Source: Nitrospirae bacterium MYbin3 (lineage in GTDB: Bacteria > Nitrospirota > Thermodesulfovibrionia > Thermodesulfovibrionales > Dissulfurispiraceae). From it: a stretch of 20,000 nt of DNA. Position numbers and translations under genes: made by a program. Each line of letters starts with the position of its first letter. Position 1 is the stretch's first letter. Of the stretch, positions 7,259-16,373 are shown piece by piece. The stretch spans positions 106,093-126,092 of the forward strand of contig PEAD01000005.1 in assembly GCA_002753335.1 (NCBI GenBank). Reading direction: 5' to 3'. The notes beneath the pieces are model-generated. The model saw only the letters and a list, made by a program, of their open reading frames with translations, did not search any database and was not told where the DNA came from.

Positions 7259-8872
7259 ATGGCATACCTGGTACTTGCAAGAAAATGGCGCCCCCAGAGC
7301 TTTGATGACCTTACAGGTCAGGAGCATATATCTCGCATACTCAAAAACACAATCACGCAAAATAAAGTTGCTCATGCTTACATCTTTTCGGGACCGAGAG
7401 GTGTAGGAAAAACAACATCTGCGAGAATCCTTTCAAAGGCTTTGAACTGCACTTCAGGCCCCACCCCTGAGCCTTGCGGGAAATGCGGTTCATGTATTGC
7501 TGTTGTTGAAGGATCTTCGATTGATGTGTCAGAAATTGACGGAGCCTCCAATACAGGCGTTGACAACATCAGGGATTTAAGGGAGCGTGTCAGATATGCA
7601 CCATCAGAGAGCAAGTATAAAGTTTATATAATTGACGAAGCGCATATGTTATCAACTGCGGCCTTCAATGCTCTGCTTAAAACCCTTGAAGAACCGCCTC
7701 CGCACGTAGTATTTGTGTTGGCAACAACCGAGCCAAGGAAAATACCTGCCACAGTTTTATCCCGCTGCCAGCATCTTCCTTTCAGAAGGATCAGCAGCCA
7801 AGATATTAAAGGGCGTCTAAAATTCATAACCACAAAAGAGGGTATCGTCATATCTGAATCAGCCTTGGAAATGGTTTCGCGGGCTGCTGATGGCAGCATG
7901 AGAGATTCTCTTACTATCCTTGATCAGCTTGCCTCTTTCTCGGATAACATACTCGATTCAGATGTAATGAATATGCTCGGAATTACTGACATAAGTTCAA
8001 TATCAGACATGACGTCAGCTCTGATAGAAGGCGATAGAAGCCGCATAATCAGGATAATAGCCGGACTGGTAGATTCAGGTATTGATATTAAAACTTACAC
8101 GAGAGATATGCTTCAATTCATAAGGAATCTGCTCGTAGCTTCTATAATCGATGACACCGAAAACATCTTAAACCTTAGCGAAGAAGAAAGCGCTGCGATA
8201 AAAGAGCTGAAAAGTGTGGCTACGCAAGAGCATGTTTCATTATTGCTTTCGGAATTCATCAAGGCAGAGCCATCGATAAGAAGCTCGTTGTATCCAAGAG
8301 TTGCTCTTGAACTCGCACTTATCCGGCTCAGTCTTTTAAGCCATTTCAAAGCAGTAAATGAGGTGCTAAAATCGCTCGGCAGCCCCTCAAAACAAACACA
8401 ACCTGTAGTTGCTCCGATTAATAAACCTAGTCCGCCAACTCAAGAGTCTGAAGATATTACGGAAGTCAAAACCCATCCTGTATTAGAAACTGTAACACCT
8501 AAGACTGAAGTCAAAGCAACTATTTCGCTTTCAGATGCTTGGGGTGAAACAGTTAAGGAAATCGAAGAGAATGACTATCCGCTTGCCTCAAAATTAAAAG
8601 AATGCGTGCCAGCCTTCGGCGATAAGACAATAGCCCTGTCCCTAAACGGCGGGGCATCAATGCATGAAGAGTCTATAAAGGAAAATTTTTCGACAATCAA
8701 AAAGAGAATATCAGAACTATCAGGAATAGACGTGGAAATAAAAATAGAAATATCAAAAATAAAAACAAAAAGCAGGAAAGATATCATCGAGGATGCAAAA
8801 AAAAACAGAGTGGTCAATGCAGCTCTTGAACTCTTTGATGGCCGTATAGGCGATGTAATTCCAAATAATTAG
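7259..8872 (+). CDS. dnaX: DNA polymerase III subunit gamma/tau
   Basis: LARKWRPQ, Walker A GPRGVGKTT, Zn-binding Cys cluster, EIDGASN, IIDEAHML, SRC motif; Pro/Thr-rich linker. Confidence 0.98.
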   Translation: MAYLVLARKWRPQSFDDLTGQEHISRILKNTITQNKVAHAYIFSGPRGVGKTTSARILSKALNCTSGPTPEPCGKCGSCIAVVEGSSIDVSEIDGASNTGVDNIRDLRERVRYAPSESKYKVYIIDEAHMLSTAAFNALLKTLEEPPPHVVFVLATTEPRKIPATVLSRCQHLPFRRISSQDIKGRLKFITTKEGIVISESALEMVSRAADGSMRDSLTILDQLASFSDNILDSDVMNMLGITDISSISDMTSALIEGDRSRIIRIIAGLVDSGIDIKTYTRDMLQFIRNLLVASIIDDTENILNLSEEESAAIKELKSVATQEHVSLLLSEFIKAEPSIRSSLYPRVALELALIRLSLLSHFKAVNEVLKSLGSPSKQTQPVVAPINKPSPPTQESEDITEVKTHPVLETVTPKTEVKATISLSDAWGETVKEIEENDYPLASKLKECVPAFGDKTIALSLNGGASMHEESIKENFSTIKKRISELSGIDVEIKIEISKIKTKSRKDIIEDAKKNRVVNAALELFDGRIGDVIPNN

Positions 8873-8881
8873 GGAGGGGAT

Positions 8882-9229
8882 ATGTCAAAAAAAATGCTGG
8901 GCGATATGATGAGGCAGGCTCAAAAACTGCAGGGTGAAATGCAGAAGATGCAGGAGGAGGCTAAAAAGAAAACAGTTGAAGCTACTGCAGGAGGAGGCAT
9001 GGTCAGCGTTACTGCCAGCGGAAGCGGAGAGCTTGTATCAATAAAAATAGAGAAGGATGTTGTAAACCCAGAGGACGTTGAAATGCTGCAGGACTTGATA
9101 CTGGCAGCCTCTAATGAAGCTATCAGACGTGCCCAGCAGATGGTGAATGATGAGATGTCAAAACTAACTATGGGACTGCAGATTCCGGGCATGGGGGGAA
9201 TGGGAGGCTTAGGCAATCTTTTTAAATAA
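8882..9229 (+). CDS. ybaB: YbaB/EbfC nucleoid-associated protein
   Basis: MMRQAQKLQ, AGGGMVSV, DVEMLQDLILAASNEA; lies between dnaX and recR. Confidence 0.96.
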   Translation: MSKKMLGDMMRQAQKLQGEMQKMQEEAKKKTVEATAGGGMVSVTASGSGELVSIKIEKDVVNPEDVEMLQDLILAASNEAIRRAQQMVNDEMSKLTMGLQIPGMGGMGGLGNLFK

Positions 9230-9243
9230 CCAAACTTCATGAT

Positions 9244-9837
9244 ATGACACAAAACATAATTGAAAATCTCGTAAATCAACTTACAAAACTACCCGGCATC
9301 GGAAGGAAAACTGCGCAAAGGCTGGCTTTTTTCATCCTGGCTTTACCGGCAAATGATGCTAAAGAAATAGCTGCTGCGATAGTGGATGTCAAAGATAATG
9401 CACGCTTCTGCTCAAACTGCTTTAATATCACAGATGCTGACACATGCTCAATCTGCAGCGATTCATCAAGGGATAGAAATAAAATATGCGTGGTTGAAGA
9501 ACCTAGCAACGTGCTCGCCATAGAAAGAACAGGAATTTTCAAAGGTACCTATCATGTGTTATTGGGCGCCCTTTCACCGCTTGATGGGATAACTCCTGAC
9601 AAACTTAAGATTAATGCACTGCTCATAAGAATTAAAGATAATCCGATAGAGGAGGTTATCTTAGCCACAAACCCAAATACAAAAGGCGAGATGACCGCAA
9701 AATACATCACAGAAATATTAAAGCCGCTGAACATAAAAACATCCCGTATTGCCTACGGTCTGCCGATCGGCAGCGATATTGAGTTCGCGGATGAAGTGAC
9801 CCTCTCCAAAGCCCTTGAAGGCCGAAGGGATCTATAA
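9244..9837 (+). CDS. recR: Recombination mediator RecR
   Basis: HhH LPGIGRKTAQRLA, C4 zinc finger, TOPRIM motifs (VVEE, YHVL, EVILAT), SRIAYGLP. Confidence 0.98.
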   Translation: MTQNIIENLVNQLTKLPGIGRKTAQRLAFFILALPANDAKEIAAAIVDVKDNARFCSNCFNITDADTCSICSDSSRDRNKICVVEEPSNVLAIERTGIFKGTYHVLLGALSPLDGITPDKLKINALLIRIKDNPIEEVILATNPNTKGEMTAKYITEILKPLNIKTSRIAYGLPIGSDIEFADEVTLSKALEGRRDL

Positions 9838-9859
9838 CATTAATGCAGGAGAAATTCAA

Positions 9860-11539
9860 ATGAAATTTTCTCAAATACTTATACCCACTCTTAGGGAAGC
9901 GCCGTCAGATGCCGAGGCAATTAGCCATAAGCTCATGCTGCGCGCCGGTTTTGTCCGCCAGTTGGCATCAGGATTATACATTTACCTTCCGCTCGGATGG
10001 AGGGTTATAAATAAAATAAACAGGATCCTCAAAGAAGAAATGGATGCAATCGGAGCGCAGGAGCTATCTATGCCTGTCATGCATCCTGCCGAGATATGGC
10101 AGACAACCGGAAGGTGGAACGAGATAGGCGCTGAGATGTTCCGTCTGAAAGACAGAACTGACAGAGATATGTGCCTGGGCATGACACATGAAGAGATCAT
10201 GACATGGCTTGCATCCAGAGAGATTCGATCCTACAGAGACCTCCCGCAGGTATGGTATCAGATACAGACAAAACTGAGGGATGAGGCAAGGCCTAAGAGC
10301 GGGATCCTTAGAACCAGAGAGTTTCAGATGAAAGACAGCTACAGTTTTGATGCAGACGAAAATGCACTGGACATAAACTATAAGGCTCATGCTGATGCAT
10401 ATCACAGGATATTCTCTCGCTGCGGTCTGAAGTTTTATCAGGTCGAATCTGATACAGGAATGATGGGAGGTGCTGCTGCTCATGAATTCATGGCACCCAG
10501 TCAGGCAGGCGAAGATGACATCGTACTCTGCGATAAATGTGGATATGCAGCAAACGTAGAGGTAGCAAAGTCAAAAGCCTCAGACAACAAGCTTCAAGAA
10601 TGGGAATATGAAGAGATACATACCCCACAAAAGAGGACGGTCAAAGAGGTTTCTCATTTCCTAAAAATTGGACATGAATATTTTATCAAGAGCCTGCTTA
10701 TGATAGCCGATACTAAACCGGTTCTTGTACTGCTTCGCGGAGATCAAGAACTCCATGAAAAGAAGCTTGCAAAGATTATCGGAAATTTCAGAGCTGCAAG
10801 CAAGGAGGAGATTTTATCTATACTTGGAGTGGAGGCCGGATTTATAGGTCCTGTAGGACATAAAATCAGGACACTTGCGGATTCATCGCTGATGACAGGA
10901 ACTTATATCAGCGGTGCAAACAAATCCGACTATCACACCAGGGGGATAAAAGCTGGCGTGCAGTTCAATGCGGAATGGAACGACCTACATGCAGCTAAAG
11001 AAGGCGATCAATGCCTGAATTGCAATACCCCCCTTCGCATAGAGAAGGCTATAGAAATAGGAAATATCTTCAAACTGGGGACAAAATATTCGGTCCCATT
11101 AAAGGCCGTTTTTCTAGATAATAACGGTAATGAAAAACCTATTGTCATGGGAAGCTACGGGATAGGCCCGGCAAGAATAGCTGCCGCTGCTGTGGAACAA
11201 AACAACGACAAAGACGGAATAATTTGGCCCAAAAGTATAGCGCCCTTTGATGTTGAAATAATTCCATTGAATGTAACAGACGAAAAAACAAAAGAAGTGA
11301 CAGAAATGATCTACAAAGGACTTGTTACCGAAAAATTGGAAGTGCTAGTGGATGACAGGAACGAAAGACCGGGCGTGAAGTTCAAAGACGCCGATTTAAT
11401 AGGCATCCCTATTCAGGTCGTAATCGGAGAAAAGGGGTTAAAAGAAGGGATTGTTGAAGTAAAAGACAGAATGACTAAGCAGACAGAGAAGATAGCGGTT
11501 GAAAATGCAGTTGCAAAAATTATTTCATTTGCACCTTAA
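9860..11539 (+). CDS. proS: Proline--tRNA ligase (bacterial type with INS editing domain)
   Basis: SHKLMLRAG, RDEARP, REFQMKDSYSF, IEIGNIFKLG, MGSYGIG, GVKFKDADLIG. Start moved from 9815 to the in-frame ATG 9860, which follows SD AGGAG. Confidence 0.97.
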   Translation: MKFSQILIPTLREAPSDAEAISHKLMLRAGFVRQLASGLYIYLPLGWRVINKINRILKEEMDAIGAQELSMPVMHPAEIWQTTGRWNEIGAEMFRLKDRTDRDMCLGMTHEEIMTWLASREIRSYRDLPQVWYQIQTKLRDEARPKSGILRTREFQMKDSYSFDADENALDINYKAHADAYHRIFSRCGLKFYQVESDTGMMGGAAAHEFMAPSQAGEDDIVLCDKCGYAANVEVAKSKASDNKLQEWEYEEIHTPQKRTVKEVSHFLKIGHEYFIKSLLMIADTKPVLVLLRGDQELHEKKLAKIIGNFRAASKEEILSILGVEAGFIGPVGHKIRTLADSSLMTGTYISGANKSDYHTRGIKAGVQFNAEWNDLHAAKEGDQCLNCNTPLRIEKAIEIGNIFKLGTKYSVPLKAVFLDNNGNEKPIVMGSYGIGPARIAAAAVEQNNDKDGIIWPKSIAPFDVEIIPLNVTDEKTKEVTEMIYKGLVTEKLEVLVDDRNERPGVKFKDADLIGIPIQVVIGEKGLKEGIVEVKDRMTKQTEKIAVENAVAKIISFAP

Positions 11540-11541
11540 AA

Positions 11542-12771
11542 CTAAGAAAACTTCTTAAACGAGGCATATCTTTTTATAGACTCAAATCGTTCGCGGCTTT
11601 CTGGAGAATTCGATGATTTCTCAAAATATTCCATAAAGAAAACCGCGATCAACGAAAAGACAAATCCTGCTGTAGCACCAAACATAACCATCTGCCTTCT
11701 TTTGGGTTTTATTCTTTCCTCAGGAGGGATCGCTTTTTCGAGTACCTGAATAAGGGCGGGTTCCCTTGACTCATCAATCTTTGCGGCTTCATATTGTTTA
11801 AACATCAACTCATAAAGTGTCTCGCTATATTTGAGATTCCGCTTTTTCCTCATCGCCTCTGTGCCCAAAGAAGCCCTTCCGCGCGAATTTAACATCGGCT
11901 CATAATTGGCTGTTCCTTCACCCTCAAGTTTTTTCAGCTGTTCCTTCAATCCCTTTATCTCATTTTCTACCATAAGATATTCAGGATTCTGCTCTGTAGA
12001 ATAAGTTTTCATCACTCTTAGCTGAACTTCTTTTGCGGTAATATGAGCCCTCATACTGCCTACTCCATCATCAGCAGAAGCTCCTTTCTCACCAGCACCA
12101 CCGGCTTCCATCCCCCCGGGTTTACTCATAAAGTTTCTCATATCTTCTTCAGCACTGACAAGTGATTTTTGTGCGTCTTTTAACTGCTCTTCAAAGAAAA
12201 GCCTCTTTTTAGATGCCTCTGTTATAGCTATTCCCTTTTGATACTCCTTGAACTCCTCAACAGAAATATTAACTATATCAGCAGCCCATTTAGGGTCATT
12301 ATCTTCAACCGCGACAATAAGCATTCCGCTTTTTTTATCCTCGCTGGTCTGCAGAGTTGCAATAAGTGAATTTCTTACTTTCTCACGACTCTTTCCTTTG
12401 TGAACATCCATAAGCTTACATCTGTCAATAATCCGGTCAAGCACCGCCCTGCTCTTAAGTATAGAAAAATACAACTCTGACGGAGTTTTTGCCCCCACAC
12501 CTCCGCCTATCATCATTGCGGCGACTGCTGCACCTCCAGGCCCCATCTGACTCATAATCTGAGTAGGAGATGAACTTGACTGGGGAGGCAAGATTTTAAC
12601 TTCCGCCCTGTATATTGATGGCAATAAAAAACTGATTATTGCGGTCATTACGGCAGTACTTAAAGTTATACCGACAATTAATCTCTTTCGCTTTAACAGA
12701 ACTATGATGATATCAAAGAAATTTATTTCAGACTCATCCTGCTTGACCTGTTTATTATCCAATTCCATCAC
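11542..12771 (-). CDS. Polysaccharide co-polymerase / chain-length determinant (Wzz/GumC-like, no kinase domain)
   Basis: DESEINFFDII start, two terminal TM helices, periplasmic coiled coil, Pro-rich AIPPEERIKPKR before TM2; no Walker A domain. Confidence 0.88.
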   Translation of the reverse strand: MMELDNKQVKQDESEINFFDIIIVLLKRKRLIVGITLSTAVMTAIISFLLPSIYRAEVKILPPQSSSSPTQIMSQMGPGGAAVAAMMIGGGVGAKTPSELYFSILKSRAVLDRIIDRCKLMDVHKGKSREKVRNSLIATLQTSEDKKSGMLIVAVEDNDPKWAADIVNISVEEFKEYQKGIAITEASKKRLFFEEQLKDAQKSLVSAEEDMRNFMSKPGGMEAGGAGEKGASADDGVGSMRAHITAKEVQLRVMKTYSTEQNPEYLMVENEIKGLKEQLKKLEGEGTANYEPMLNSRGRASLGTEAMRKKRNLKYSETLYELMFKQYEAAKIDESREPALIQVLEKAIPPEERIKPKRRQMVMFGATAGFVFSLIAVFFMEYFEKSSNSPESRERFESIKRYASFKKFS

Positions 12772-12773
12772 CT

Positions 12774-15257
12774 TTATTTCTTAAAAATTGTCCAGATTAC
12801 ACCAGTTGTAACGGCCATATTCATAAGTATCTGGGATACATCCCTTATATTACGCAGCCAAGCTACACTGGTAAATTTCTCGGGCACCACAATGCTATCT
12901 CCCGGATTTATCTCACGAGATTCATTTTCGAATCCTTCAAACTCCCATCTGTCCCTGCCTGAATTCCAAGACAATATGCCTCTTGATAGCCTTCTCGCAC
13001 TTCCATCAGCTCTCAAGACATACGCATTGCCGTCATCCGCAAACCTGCTGTAACCTCCGCTCAAATCAATATAATCCTTATAGTCCAACTTCTCAGAATA
13101 AACAAAACTCCCCTGAGACATTACGGCACCAACAACATTAACAACACTGCTCCTCTGCGGTATATAAAGAGTATCGTTTTCTTCAAGTTCAAAATCATGC
13201 TCGCTGCCCTTCAAAAGCCTTAAATGAGCAAGCTTAATAGACATTCTGCCCGAAGCTTTCAACTTTCGTAACGATTCTATAAACTTCTGCTTTTGTTCCG
13301 CTTCGGCCCTTTTTGCCTGGATCTCCTCTGCAGAAACTGCCGTTGATATTTCTGATGCACCGCCAACTGTCAATTCCCTTTCGATCCTCATAGCCATCTC
13401 GTCAAGACCCTTCTGCTGGAGCTCCCTCACGCTCTGGCGCAAAAATACAGCGCCTTTAAGATATGCATCAGTTGTGTATCCACCCGCTCTTTCAAGAAGA
13501 GACGTCAACTTCTCCCCCTTCTTCACAACATAAGTCCCTGGAAACTTAACTTCGCCCGAAATAGAAACTTTTCTCTGCATCTGCCAATCAGGAGTTGTGC
13601 GGATAAATAAATAATCGTTTTCGGTAAGTTTGCGATTATGCGCTGGGTCTCCTGCAAGCGCTTTTTCGATATTCACGATAAATTTTTCTGGAGTTGTCCC
13701 TTTATCTGTAATCGCAACTCTGGATAGTTCAGCCTCTTTGGGATAGGCATAATACTTCAGTCCTCCAGCCATGTTAACAAGGTCTCGAACCGTCATATCC
13801 TTCTTTAAGCCATATTCACCTACCCTCTGCACAGCTCCGAAAATCTTTACTGTCCTCTTATCCTGAACAACAGGATAAACCTTTACCACATCACCTGACT
13901 GCACCTTGATCCCTTTTGCCTCATCAAGAGATGATTCCATGACAGTCTGACGAGAGTTGTCAATAATTCTTTCGATCTGCACACTACCCTTAGAGGCAAC
14001 ATCACTAAGGCCACCGGCAAGATCTATCAACTGCGCAATAGTAGTTTCTTCCTTCAGTTCGTATACAGCAGGATTATTCACACTGCCTGCCATGCCAACA
14101 AGAGGGCCTGAAGGAGGAATGAAGATCACATCCTCAGGCATAAGTTTTATATCCTTGGATTTATCACCTCGTATAAGAAAATCATACATGTCAAAACTCA
14201 CCACAGTCTTGCCATTACGTTTTAGCTGAATGTCCCTCATACTTCCTGTCTTGGCCGGTCCGAAGGCCTGAAATATAGCATTTACTAAGGTTGAAAGAGA
14301 TGAGACAGTATATGCACCAGGCCTGTTAGCGCTGCCGGTTACATATATCTTTATTGTCCTCAGATTCCCCATGCTGACATTCATCTGGAAATTTGTAAAA
14401 TATTTCGAAAACTCTTTGTGCAAGACATCCTTCAGTTCCTTAAAATTGAGTCCTGCAACACCTATAGTTCCTATTTTGGCAAACGTAATTTTACCGTCCC
14501 TTTCAACTGTGACGGTCTGCTCCCCTTCGATCATACCCCAGAGACTTATTTTTATTTCATCACCGGGACCAATAACATAATCCGGTCCGACAGGTGCATT
14601 GTATGAAGATTTCAACGCAAATGAAGGGCGAGTGAACATATCATATCCGAACTGCTTAATCTCGCGGGAAACATCAAACGGAGTCTTTATGCCTACAAGC
14701 TTGAAGGCAGCAGCAATCCTGTCCCTTGAGCCTATAAAATATCCGGCATCTATTAATATTGCAGCCTCTTTAGATATTTCGAAGCCTGTAATTTGTGTCT
14801 TCAAATCCTCTTTGTTAATATCACCTGACTTTAATTTGTCCAATTGTTCAGCTTTGGTATCAAGCTTCTTTGTGACCTTCATGATTCTTACGGGAACAGA
14901 AATGTATTCTGCAGGCAGGCTTTTAGTGGAATATTGAAATGAAATGTCATCAAACTTTTTAAGAACATCAAACTGAAACTCATCTATTTCTATGGGTTTG
15001 TCTGATATAAAGGCTTCAAACTCTGATTGTTTATCTTGCATGAAATCAGGCATAGTAATTTCATCTTTAGAAGGCATTTGAGGCATCATAACAGGCGCTT
15101 GCGGCATAAGGATAACGCCTCCTCCGCCTTGATTGCCAGATTGAAATGCAGGACCAAATGGCGACATCTGGTTTTGTACAGCAAAAACAACATCAGCAAA
15201 AATAAGCTGTATGCTGATTACCAGAACCAGCATAATATTAGAAAACAGTTTAATCAT
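12774..15257 (-). CDS. Large polysaccharide export protein (Poly_export + multiple SLBB repeats)
   Basis: Signal peptide; FGYDMF...DYVIGPGDEI...DGKI Poly_export motif; repeated G.V..PG.Y...L...AGG SLBB units; C-terminal PGDSIVVP and amphipathic helix. Confidence 0.9.
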   Translation of the reverse strand: MIKLFSNIMLVLVISIQLIFADVVFAVQNQMSPFGPAFQSGNQGGGGVILMPQAPVMMPQMPSKDEITMPDFMQDKQSEFEAFISDKPIEIDEFQFDVLKKFDDISFQYSTKSLPAEYISVPVRIMKVTKKLDTKAEQLDKLKSGDINKEDLKTQITGFEISKEAAILIDAGYFIGSRDRIAAAFKLVGIKTPFDVSREIKQFGYDMFTRPSFALKSSYNAPVGPDYVIGPGDEIKISLWGMIEGEQTVTVERDGKITFAKIGTIGVAGLNFKELKDVLHKEFSKYFTNFQMNVSMGNLRTIKIYVTGSANRPGAYTVSSLSTLVNAIFQAFGPAKTGSMRDIQLKRNGKTVVSFDMYDFLIRGDKSKDIKLMPEDVIFIPPSGPLVGMAGSVNNPAVYELKEETTIAQLIDLAGGLSDVASKGSVQIERIIDNSRQTVMESSLDEAKGIKVQSGDVVKVYPVVQDKRTVKIFGAVQRVGEYGLKKDMTVRDLVNMAGGLKYYAYPKEAELSRVAITDKGTTPEKFIVNIEKALAGDPAHNRKLTENDYLFIRTTPDWQMQRKVSISGEVKFPGTYVVKKGEKLTSLLERAGGYTTDAYLKGAVFLRQSVRELQQKGLDEMAMRIERELTVGGASEISTAVSAEEIQAKRAEAEQKQKFIESLRKLKASGRMSIKLAHLRLLKGSEHDFELEENDTLYIPQRSSVVNVVGAVMSQGSFVYSEKLDYKDYIDLSGGYSRFADDGNAYVLRADGSARRLSRGILSWNSGRDRWEFEGFENESREINPGDSIVVPEKFTSVAWLRNIRDVSQILMNMAVTTGVIWTIFKK

Positions 15258-15336
15258 CTAAAAGTGCCCCCTTTAATAACAACTTAACTTTAAATTATAT
15301 ACGTTTCATTGAACTTATTACAAAAACTTATGAAAT

Positions 15337-16353
15337 TCAAAAAACCTTTGCACCGAACCTTACAATATGCCTGTATATAAAAATATACATTGCGGCATAT
15401 AAAAGAATCAGTATAGCTAACGCATATGTATTAGTTTTGAGCAAAAAAGCAACTATGTTTACAGCAAACACGCAAGGCAAGATATAAACAGAGGTTCGCG
15501 GATTGCTTTTGGTCAATCTCATATATATTAAACTATGAAGATGTATTCTGTCGGCTCTCAATGGAGAATGACTTCTCTTAATCTTTCTTCTGTATATAGA
15601 AAAAAGGACCTCAAATATAGGGTATATTAAAACAGCAACAGGGAAAAGAGGTGACACCTGTGGAATTCGATTAATAATAAGGATCGAAATTGCCACAAGT
15701 ATAAAACCTATATAGTAAGCCCCACCATCACCCAAAAATATCCGGCCCTTAGGAAAATTCAGCACAAAAAAACCTGCAATAGCAGCTGCAGAAAAAACAG
15801 ATACATTAAAAAGAAAATAATTCTCATAAACTAATGCCACCAAAATAAAAAATATGAGGGCAATTATCGAGACTCCTGAAGCAAGTCCATTGAAGCCGTC
15901 TATAATATTAATCGCATTTGTAACACCCGTAATTGCAAAAATACTGAAAGGTACAGCGGCCCACAAAGGCAGTCGAAACAAACCGGTATCGTAAATAATA
16001 GTGTCAAGCAAAATAATCGAGAGCACCGCACCGAGCGCCATTATAAAAAGCCTAAACTTAGGTGTAATGTTTGCTCTCATATCTTCATAAAGGCCTGCAA
16101 AAAAAGCGGGCGATGCCGCTGCCAGAATACACAACCCGTCAATACCAGCAAAACTCAAGCTTATTGCAGAAGATATGAATATACCTATCCCCCCTGCCCT
16201 TGATGTAGGAATATCATGAAATCTTTGTGGCTTATCATCCTTTGAGCAATCTATACAAAACTCTGTATGCTTGGAAAGCCTTAATACGAGGAGTTGAATA
16301 GCCCCCGACAACAAAAAAGGAAATACGAACATGATTAGGAAATTTATCGCCAT
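15337..16353 (-). CDS. WecA/MraY-like undecaprenyl-phosphate sugar-1-phosphate transferase
   Basis: NAINIIDGFNGL, NFPKGRIFLGDGGAY, ADRIHLH, PTSRAGG motifs; highly hydrophobic. Confidence 0.92.
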   Translation of the reverse strand: MAINFLIMFVFPFLLSGAIQLLVLRLSKHTEFCIDCSKDDKPQRFHDIPTSRAGGIGIFISSAISLSFAGIDGLCILAAASPAFFAGLYEDMRANITPKFRLFIMALGAVLSIILLDTIIYDTGLFRLPLWAAVPFSIFAITGVTNAINIIDGFNGLASGVSIIALIFFILVALVYENYFLFNVSVFSAAAIAGFFVLNFPKGRIFLGDGGAYYIGFILVAISILIINRIPQVSPLFPVAVLIYPIFEVLFSIYRRKIKRSHSPLRADRIHLHSLIYMRLTKSNPRTSVYILPCVFAVNIVAFLLKTNTYALAILILLYAAMYIFIYRHIVRFGAKVF

Positions 16354-16373
16354 AGAATATTTAAGAATTTCGA

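Noticed and set aside
6885..7280. 131-aa minus-strand ORF
   Set aside because: Antisense to ffs, attR and the dnaX start; no recognisable domain.
8340..8780. E. coli-type -1 frameshift site (A AAA AAG) in dnaX
   Set aside because: Only A5G runs were seen (8699-8704, 8767-8772); no full heptamer with a downstream hairpin.
9815..9859. Upstream start for proS given in the ORF track
   Set aside because: It overlaps recR. ATG 9860 has an SD and gives the canonical MKFSQ N-terminus.
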